Positions 6,842 through 13,418 of a DNA stretch of 13,418 bases are shown one piece after another (the first letter of the stretch is position 1; each line of letters begins with the position of its first letter). Source of the stretch: an uncultured Deinococcales bacterium (GTDB lineage Bacteria; Deinococcota; Deinococci; Deinococcales; JAAFIG01). Location of the stretch: NCBI GenBank assembly GCA_964244895.1, contig CAXTKV010000006.1, positions 1 to 13,418 of the forward strand. The letters are read 5' to 3'. Position numbers and translations under genes: made by a program. Below the pieces are notes generated by a model. The model was not told the origin of the DNA. It saw nothing but the letters and a program-made list of their open reading frames with translations, and did no database searches.

Positions 6842-9118
6842 TCAGTGCGGCGGGAAGAGCTTGCCCGAATCCCGGTAACCTGAGAGGTCGCGGTACCAGT
6901 CTTGAAAACTGGCTCCCTGGCTGGTCGCCCAGGGCTCGAACTTGAGATAGGCGTCTCGAATGTTCAGCCCGACGCTGACCGATCCACCCGGCTGATCCAG
7001 CACTTCTTCGACGTAGGTGTACTTCGTGGGTAAATTCATCGCCCAGGGTCGCCCGTTCGTATCGATGTAGTAGCGTCCGGTGCTGGGATTGGACGTGTCC
7101 TGATCGGTACCGAAGAGTGAGGTGTTGGCGAGCGCAGTCGGTTTCATGTTGGGCAAGTGAATTTCCGTGCCGCGCCCCCAGGCGGCTCCGTTCGCGATCA
7201 GGAACGGGTTGAACGGTGCGGTTCCAGCAGCGCCCATGGCGACGGGTTGCGCGAGCTTGATCGTGACTTTGACCTTGCCGGGGGTGCGGTACGGTTCGTC
7301 CGGCACGACGTTCGCGTAATACGGGCGACCGGGAAGCGAGGCAGAAAGCACGTCGTAACCATCGTCGAACACGATCACCACGGCCTTGCCCTGTCCCGCC
7401 TCGAGCCCGCTCGAGAGTCGGTTCGAGGTGTAACGAATCGGTGGCGCGCCGTTCTGGCTCTGGCCATCTTTTTCCCAGGCGTAGCTGACGCTCGAGACCT
7501 GCGCGGGCGTCAGGTTCGTCTCGAAGCCGAAGCCGCTGTGGTAACCGCCACCGAGCGCCCTCAGCACGAACTCGGCTTGAATCTCGACGACCTGATTGCT
7601 GGCGTTGGCGACCTGCGTGACGTTGTAATCGACTGCCGTGTCGTTGAAGTCGTAATCGCCGAGCTTCGGCCAGAGGTCCTCGAACACCAGCGAGCCGTAG
7701 TCGCCCTTGGCGGGCGCGTACGAGTTGAACGCCTTGGTGGGATCGTTCGGGTACGCGTCGAAGGTGTCGTTGACGCCATCTCCGTCGGCGTCCTGGGCTT
7801 GCGGCGTATCGAGATCCTTGATATCGGCGGTGCGGGTCGCGTCCGGATTTTGGGGGTCGCGCGTGATGATGCCGGTGGTCTGGATGGCCGTGTTGGGTGT
7901 GGCGTTCACCAGCAGGACGGTGTCGTTGAAGTCCTCGTCTCCGCCGCGGAAACGCAGCGTATCCTCCAGGCCCAGCACCAGCCCGTTCGTCCCCGCGTTG
8001 CGCAACAGCACGGTCTGCGCGCTCTTGGCCACGGTCATGCCCTGAGACTTGTAGGTCTGGTAGTTCAGGACGGGATCGGAAAACACCGTCTGTTCCGGCG
8101 TGCGCTCCTGAACGCCCGTGGCGCTGCCGCGCCAGCCGTTGGCGACCAGAAACCAGCCGATGCCCGTACCCGCCGGAAAGGTGTTGCTCCACTGCCCGTT
8201 CGAGGTGTCGAGATACTTCAGTTGCACGCGATTTCCCGAGGCCATTCCGCCGCCCGAACCAATGTACGAGGCGTTCGGGTAGGCGATCACGGTGCGGTTC
8301 AGGATCTCACTGACGCTCTTGGGTGGGTTGGCGGCGTTAAACGTGTAGTAGCCGATCGAGTTCAGGTAGCCCGCGCCCTCGTGGATGAAGGTCAGCGTCA
8401 CCTCGGCTGGGTCTTTCAGCACCAGGTTGCTCGAGGCATCCTGGGCGATGTACTGGCTGCGGCTGGGGCTGTTGGGTACGGAGGCTCGCTCCGGCACGCT
8501 GGCGTTGATCGATTGCAGCAAGGCCGGGGTGACTTCGCTCGAGTTGCTCAGGCGGTTGGTCGGTACGCCCTGGCTATCCCACGAACCCGTGCCGTTCAGA
8601 TACTGATAGCTGTACGCGACCGATTGGGTTCGGATTGCGGTCGCAGAAGCCCGTCGGTTTTGTGGCACCATGACCTGCAAGGTGCTGATGTTCGTTCCGT
8701 TCAGGTTGAGCTTCGCTTGTCCGTTTTTGATGTCCACCTTGATCGGTTCGCTGATCACGCCGATGTAATCGACCCTCACGCCGACCGCTTTCAGGTCGGC
8801 GGGCAACGTCAGTTGGGTGCGGAACGTTCCAGTGGCATCGGTCATGCCGCCTTGGACTTGGGTGTTCTCGTCGACGGTGCCGTCGGCGGCGAAACCCTGA
8901 AAGACGCTGATCGGGGCGCGCGGGGCGGCTTCTCCCAGGGCACTGACGGAAACCTCGAGCTGAACCTTCTGGGTCGTCCCAAAGTTGAAGCCCCCCTGGT
9001 CGACTGGTGGGTCGATGTTGGGGGTTTGGGTCGTACAAGCCATCAGGGCGGCTCCGCATATCAATGGAAGCGCTCGGAAGAAACGGTTTAATATCTGCTG
9101 GCGGACTATATTTTTCAT
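6842..9118 (-). CDS. LruC-domain lipoprotein (DUF4114 plus DUF4842-like), 758 aa
   Basis: Basic N-region and lipobox LMA-C28; TFIHEGAGYLNSIGYY; GLEDTLRFRGGDEDFNDTV; Asp-rich DADGDGVNDTFDAYPNDP; FEDLWPKLGDYDFND; FNPFLI, EIHLPNMKPT, PWAMNLP, AYLKFEPWA. GAGGTG upstream. Confidence 0.85.
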   Translation of the reverse strand: MKNIVRQQILNRFFRALPLICGAALMACTTQTPNIDPPVDQGGFNFGTTQKVQLEVSVSALGEAAPRAPISVFQGFAADGTVDENTQVQGGMTDATGTFRTQLTLPADLKAVGVRVDYIGVISEPIKVDIKNGQAKLNLNGTNISTLQVMVPQNRRASATAIRTQSVAYSYQYLNGTGSWDSQGVPTNRLSNSSEVTPALLQSINASVPERASVPNSPSRSQYIAQDASSNLVLKDPAEVTLTFIHEGAGYLNSIGYYTFNAANPPKSVSEILNRTVIAYPNASYIGSGGGMASGNRVQLKYLDTSNGQWSNTFPAGTGIGWFLVANGWRGSATGVQERTPEQTVFSDPVLNYQTYKSQGMTVAKSAQTVLLRNAGTNGLVLGLEDTLRFRGGDEDFNDTVLLVNATPNTAIQTTGIITRDPQNPDATRTADIKDLDTPQAQDADGDGVNDTFDAYPNDPTKAFNSYAPAKGDYGSLVFEDLWPKLGDYDFNDTAVDYNVTQVANASNQVVEIQAEFVLRALGGGYHSGFGFETNLTPAQVSSVSYAWEKDGQSQNGAPPIRYTSNRLSSGLEAGQGKAVVIVFDDGYDVLSASLPGRPYYANVVPDEPYRTPGKVKVTIKLAQPVAMGAAGTAPFNPFLIANGAAWGRGTEIHLPNMKPTALANTSLFGTDQDTSNPSTGRYYIDTNGRPWAMNLPTKYTYVEEVLDQPGGSVSVGLNIRDAYLKFEPWATSQGASFQDWYRDLSGYRDSGKLFPPH

Positions 9119-9491
9119 GACACCTCGTGGGGGTAAATTTCAGCTCCGCAAGGAATGTGGCCTGTACGTTTGGCGATCAAACCCCGTCAGAACTGCGCTG
9201 GCTGCTTCGCGTGAGCGATTCGCGGATGGGTCGTCTCTGAGAAAGATTTGGAATCTCTTTGATCTGGTGCGCTCGTGAAGCGCGACAGAACGTAGCTTTA
9301 TCTGATCTGGGTTCCGATCGCGCTACTGCTTCGATCCTCGCTTTCCGGATGCAATAGCAACCGGACGCGAGATCGAGAAACGATTCAGCGTGTGCCGGTC
9401 GCGCCACTGGCTCCCCTTCATCCCATGGCGCCCGCATCGGGTATGAAGGATCTGCACCTCTATTTCAAAATGCTAGCAGAATAATGGACTC

Positions 9492-10799
9492 GTGCCTGGT
9501 CATTCTCACCGCGTCACCACCCACTCAACACCGATGGGTTCAGGAGTGGTCGCTTCAAGTCTCAAAACTATCGCGCCGCTGTGTGCGCTCTTCCTGGTTT
9601 TGTTCGGACTCAACTTCGGGCTGCACGCGCGCGTCGCACCTCCGACGCTCGAGCGCTTGACGCTTCCGTACTGGAACACCTTTGAGCGAACGAGCTTCGA
9701 TTGGATTCCACTTCAAAACGCGTGGCGCGTCGAAGGCGGCTGGCTGCGTCCGACGGGTGCCACGACTTCGAGCGCTCAATCGAGTCGGGCCGTCACGCCT
9801 GGAATTTCGTACCGTCTGATGGTGATGGCGCACCTGGAAGTTGATTCCACGGTCAGCGCGCTCTTCGGCGGGCAGGCGCGCGGTCAACTGGTGCGCACGC
9901 ATCGCGTCAGGCTGGTACGTCACGAACGCTCCAGCGTGGTGCAGTGCGGATATTTTGACCAGGAGGGGCGATTTCAGCTTCAGGATGAAGTCGCCCTTCC
10001 GAGTTCCAGTCGCGATACACGGCTCGAAATCGAGGTCGGTACGGCGGTGTACGCCATCCGAGTCGATGGGCGACGCGTGCTCGAGTCGCAGCCGTTGAAG
10101 TTCGCGGGCGGTTTCCCTGGACTCGAGGCGAGCGGGGGTTCCGCCATCGGTGAGATTCTGATCCGGCCCGGCCTGAGGTACGACCCGAATGAGGCCGTCA
10201 CTGCGTCCGCAGCGAACGCTTCGCTGCCTAAAATCTCGACTGATACCCTCGAGGGCTCGGGTTGGCAGGTACTTTCCGGCGCTTGGTCGCTCGGCCCGAG
10301 CGGGCTGATGCAGGCCGATAACCGCGATTTCGACCGCGTCGTTTTGTACAAAGCCCAGCCCTTCACCCTCGGGACGATTCGCGTGTCCTTCCGTCAGACT
10401 CGAGGCGCTGGCGCTGGCATTTTATTTGCCGCGCCCGATCTTGCGACTGGAGTGCAAGGAGCGCAGCTGGTGCGTTACAGCGATGATGGACGCATCATTT
10501 TCTGGGGCACCTTCGATCCGCAAGGACGCTTCATTGGGCGCGGCAATCGGACGGTTCTTGCACCCGGTGTACGCGCGCACACGCTCGAAGTGGTCGTCGA
10601 CAGCGGTGCGTACGCGATCAAGCTCGATGGCGTTGAACTCGTGCGAGGCGTGTCGCTCGAACGATCCAGCGGTTACATCGGCCTGAGCACCTCCAAGAGC
10701 GCCGCCGCATTTACCCGCGTTACGGTGACGTCCCTCGAAGCTGGAAAGCTGAACAAGGAACGCGACATCGTCCGAACTGGACAAAACCCGACCCGCTGA
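9492..10799 (+). CDS. Membrane-anchored or secreted protein with two ConA/LamG-like (DUF1080-like) beta-sandwich domains; start uncertain (GTG 9492 or ATG 9534)
   Basis: N-terminal hydrophobic helix IAPLCALFLVLFGLNFGL. Domains at about 9699-10168 (diverged) and 10260-10730 (GAQLVRYSDDG..FWGTFD..G, GYIGLSTS) are homologous to the acyltransferase C-terminal repeats. Confidence 0.8.
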   Translation: MPGHSHRVTTHSTPMGSGVVASSLKTIAPLCALFLVLFGLNFGLHARVAPPTLERLTLPYWNTFERTSFDWIPLQNAWRVEGGWLRPTGATTSSAQSSRAVTPGISYRLMVMAHLEVDSTVSALFGGQARGQLVRTHRVRLVRHERSSVVQCGYFDQEGRFQLQDEVALPSSSRDTRLEIEVGTAVYAIRVDGRRVLESQPLKFAGGFPGLEASGGSAIGEILIRPGLRYDPNEAVTASAANASLPKISTDTLEGSGWQVLSGAWSLGPSGLMQADNRDFDRVVLYKAQPFTLGTIRVSFRQTRGAGAGILFAAPDLATGVQGAQLVRYSDDGRIIFWGTFDPQGRFIGRGNRTVLAPGVRAHTLEVVVDSGAYAIKLDGVELVRGVSLERSSGYIGLSTSKSAAAFTRVTVTSLEAGKLNKERDIVRTGQNPTR

Positions 10800-10805
10800 G
10801 GCCTC

Positions 10806-12059
10806 ATGACGATACAGAGCGAACCCCAACCGCTGATCGATGTTGAACACCTGCCGGAAGTCGCACCGATGGCCGGAACGATTCCGGTCGTTGCGCCTAG
10901 GCGAGCCTGGTGGCTGGATGTGGCGCTGATTTTTTTGGTCAATCGTCTCTGCCTGTGGCTGATCGCGTTCATCGCCCAGGTCGCTTTACCGGTGCAGACG
11001 GGCGCGGGGTTTTACCACGCTGCGCCCGGCAACTTGTGGTTGGACGGTTGGGCGCGGTGGGACAGCGGCTTCTACCTGGAGATCGCGAGCGGTGGCTACA
11101 GGCTCACATTCGGGGAACCCTCGAGCGTCGCTTTTTTTCCTCTCTATCCAATTTTCGTGAACCTCGTTTCGCGAATCACCAACAATGCCCTGATCGCCGG
11201 TATTTTGGTCAGTCATGCGGCGCTTCTGGGCGCGCTCTTGGTGCTGTACAAACTGACCCTTCTCGAGTTTGGCCACAGCACTGCGCGCCGAGCGGTGTAC
11301 TACATTCTGATCTTCCCGACAGCCTTCTTCTTCAGCGCCGTCTACACGGAAAGCCTGTACCTGCTGTTGACCGTCGGTTGCGCCTATTGCGCCAGGAGAC
11401 GCTGGTGGGCTTGGGCCGGCGTGTTGGGTTGCCTGGCGAGCGCCACCCGTATTGTCGGCATCAGTCTGGTCGCGCTCGTCGCACTCGAGTGGCTCCGCGA
11501 CAACGGTTTCAGGTTCCGCACGGCGCACCGTCTCGAAGCCTGGCGGAATCTCTGGTCGGGTTTCAGCAGGCGCGGCTACCAGCTCGTCTGGCTTCTCGCG
11601 ATCCCTTTGGGTCTCGTCAGTCAGATGGTCTTTCTCGGGCGCGCCTTCGGGGATCCGATCGCTTTCTGGACGACCCAGGCGACCTTTGGCCGGACGGGTT
11701 TCAACCCGCTCGTCGCGCTCATACGCGATCTTGAACCGGTGTTCCGATATTCGAGCGGGCGCCTGCCCTGGAACGTCCCCATCGACCTCGCAGCCTTGGT
11801 ACTCGTGCTCGCCTCGAGCGTCTGGATCGGCTCGAAGCTGGGCAGCAGCTACGCGGTCTACGCGCTGATCGGCGTTTTCGTGCCGCTGGCGGGTGGGACG
11901 GGCAGCCTCGCCCGGTACGTGGTAGTGCTGTTTCCAGTCTTCATGGTGCTGGCGCACGCGGGACGAAAACCGATGATCGATGGCGCGATCAGAACCATCT
12001 GGCCGATCGGTCTGGGCCTCCTGACGGCGCTGTTTGTTTGTTGGGTGTTCGTCGGCTGA
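10806..12059 (+). CDS. GT-C membrane mannosyltransferase, PIG-V/Mannosyl_trans2-like, 417 aa
   Basis: WARWDSGFYLEIASGGY, VAFFPLYP, FPTAFFFSAVYTESLYLLL, SATRIVG, SLARYVVVLFP; polytopic. GAGG RBS overlaps the upstream stop, 6-bp gap. Confidence 0.87.
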   Translation: MTIQSEPQPLIDVEHLPEVAPMAGTIPVVAPRRAWWLDVALIFLVNRLCLWLIAFIAQVALPVQTGAGFYHAAPGNLWLDGWARWDSGFYLEIASGGYRLTFGEPSSVAFFPLYPIFVNLVSRITNNALIAGILVSHAALLGALLVLYKLTLLEFGHSTARRAVYYILIFPTAFFFSAVYTESLYLLLTVGCAYCARRRWWAWAGVLGCLASATRIVGISLVALVALEWLRDNGFRFRTAHRLEAWRNLWSGFSRRGYQLVWLLAIPLGLVSQMVFLGRAFGDPIAFWTTQATFGRTGFNPLVALIRDLEPVFRYSSGRLPWNVPIDLAALVLVLASSVWIGSKLGSSYAVYALIGVFVPLAGGTGSLARYVVVLFPVFMVLAHAGRKPMIDGAIRTIWPIGLGLLTALFVCWVFVG

Positions 12060-12183
12060 ATAGAGCCCCGCGATCAGGCTGACTCAGGTGTCGGCCCGTC
12101 GGTAAAGAAACGCTTCCTGTATTTGAGACAATGGGGTTTACGCGAGGCGTATTCACTGAACGCGCCCCGAAACTCACAAAAAC

Positions 12184-13359
12184 TCAATCCTCCAGGTGAA
12201 CCCTCGTCAGATTTGCTTCCGCGACCAAGTGAACGATGAAGCAGGTTCCCCCGAATGGCGCGGACTCGATCCGTATCGTTCCGGCGTTGCGTTCGAGAAT
12301 TCGTCGAACGATCTCGAGCCCCAGCCCCGTGTTCGAGCGCTTTGGGTCGAGGGTGAATCCGCGCTCGAACACCAGTTCGTGGTGCTGTGCGGCGATGCCC
12401 GGCCCGTTGTCGCAGACCCGCAGCGCGATGCGCTCACCGATCTGCTCGCACTCGATAGTGACTTTCGGGGCTGACGCCTCGCGTCCAGCAAACCGGACGG
12501 CATTGCCGAGAAGATTCAGCATGACTCGGTAAAGTTCCAGGTGCGCACATCGAACCGAAGGCCAGCTTTCCGGCAGCGTGATCTCCACGCCTCGCGTTCG
12601 CATTTCAGGCTCGAGATCCTCGATGGCGCACTGAACCGCAGCGCCGAGATCGCTCCAGGCTCGCTCGGGCGGCGACCGATCTGAAGTTTGAGCATTCAGA
12701 GTGGCCCGAATCAGATCGCTCATCCGGTGCACGCCGCTCGAGATGCGCTCGAGCGCCCAGCGCGAATCACCTCGCTGACCCACGGCGGCGGCTACGGCGA
12801 TATTGTTCAGTACAACCCGCAGGTCGTGCGCGATAGTGTCTGCGGCGTCCTCGGCCCGCTTGCGTTCGTCGATGTCCGTCTGCGTTCCGATCCAGTCGGT
12901 GATCTCGGCGCTCATCGATACGGGCTCAGCGTGAATGGCGAACCATCGATACGGCCCATCGCTACCGCGTACTCGAAGCTCCAGATCGAGGGTTGCAGAC
13001 CTCCTCGTGGCGAACCACCAAGCGGCCTCGAAGCGCGCTCGGTCGCCGGGGTGAATGGCGCAAAGGACACCGCCTTCCAGCGCGTCGGCGCGATTCCAGC
13101 CCGTGTATCGGTACCAGGATCGGTTGAAGAAATGGGCGCGACCATCGCTTGGCGAGACCAACCAGACGTGATGAGGGAGCGCGTCCAAATACGATTGAGC
13201 CGCGCGCTCGAGCGGTTGATCTCGAGCGATACCGTCCGGTACGCAAATCCTTCCTTGCGTCTGGGACGGTGTTTTTGTTCCTGGGGTGGAAACGGACGCA
13301 TCCTTGAGAACGCCCGAGGGTGAGCGAAGGAGCCCCGTCGGGGAATCTGAAACGGTCAC
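12184..13359 (-). CDS. Cytoplasmic PAS/PAC sensor histidine kinase, 391 aa
   Basis: PAS_3-like FFNRSWYRYTG..IHPGDR..YRWF..WIGTQTDIDERK; H-box IAHDLR; N-box NLLGNAVRF; G1 DNGPGI; F FERGFT; G2 GLGLEIV; no TM. GAGG 7 nt before GTG 13359. Confidence 0.9.
   Translation of the reverse strand: MTVSDSPTGLLRSPSGVLKDASVSTPGTKTPSQTQGRICVPDGIARDQPLERAAQSYLDALPHHVWLVSPSDGRAHFFNRSWYRYTGWNRADALEGGVLCAIHPGDRARFEAAWWFATRRSATLDLELRVRGSDGPYRWFAIHAEPVSMSAEITDWIGTQTDIDERKRAEDAADTIAHDLRVVLNNIAVAAAVGQRGDSRWALERISSGVHRMSDLIRATLNAQTSDRSPPERAWSDLGAAVQCAIEDLEPEMRTRGVEITLPESWPSVRCAHLELYRVMLNLLGNAVRFAGREASAPKVTIECEQIGERIALRVCDNGPGIAAQHHELVFERGFTLDPKRSNTGLGLEIVRRILERNAGTIRIESAPFGGTCFIVHLVAEANLTRVHLED
13228..13273. repeat. 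46-bp dispersed palindrome, copy 4 (inside the histidine kinase CDS)
   Basis: GATACCGTCCGGTACGC-AAATCCTTCCTT-GCGTCTGGGACGGTGTT; same length and arm sequence as the other three copies. Confidence 0.85.
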
Positions 13360-13418
13360 GGTTTAGCCTCACGGTTTCAGATGGTCAGAAGGCTTCGACG
13401 GCGCGGGTCGAAGTTGAT

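Noticed and set aside
7879..8127. Lone half-site matches (GGACGGTGTC at 7915, AACACCGTCTG at 8082; also 2164, 9180, 10549, 11042)
   Set aside because: No partner arm at the fixed spacing; compatible with chance.
7157..9091. 644-aa antisense ORF opposite the lipoprotein (also 6801-8192, 704-1681, 3376-4575, 10986-11957 and similar)
   Set aside because: Shadow ORFs expected from GC-rich codon bias; no recognisable motifs, and they overlap well-supported genes.
9119..9491. Known riboswitch (e.g. c-di-GMP) upstream of the lipoprotein
   Set aside because: No consensus motif recognisable by eye on either strand.
12060..12183. Terminator between the convergent mannosyltransferase and kinase genes
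   Set aside because: Only weak interrupted pairing (GGGG/CCCC, CGCG/CGCG) and no correctly placed U-tract.
239..13273. 46-bp element as integron attC sites or CRISPR repeats
   Set aside because: The AAC...GTT ends are suggestive, but RYYYAAC/GTTRRRY boxes and extrahelical bases are absent and the unit is shorter than attC; copies are kilobases apart, two are intragenic, and there is no integrase or cas gene.

Overview
GC-rich bacterial window; the phylum cannot be fixed from sequence alone (Deinococcota is a guess). It holds a cell-envelope glycan gene neighbourhood: the end of an upstream gene coupled to an acyltransferase-3 protein fused to two beta-sandwich domains, then a membrane-anchored clan GH-A (GH5-like) hydrolase (+ strand operon); mannose-1-phosphate guanylyltransferase manC (-); a GntR-HTH/receiver regulator with reversed domain order (+); an LruC-type lipoprotein (-); a second protein with two of the same beta-sandwich domains followed by a PIG-V-like GT-C mannosyltransferase (+); and a PAS histidine kinase (-). 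Two signals are not explained by the genes. (1) A dispersed 46-bp palindrome with fixed geometry (17-bp arms, consensus RAYACCGTCCRGNACRC, 12-bp variable spacer) occurs four times: twice between convergent genes and twice inside the N-terminal coding regions of unrelated genes, where it encodes KTPSxxxxxIxVPDG. (2) CTCGAG occurs about 48 times by manual count, roughly ten times the base-composition expectation.
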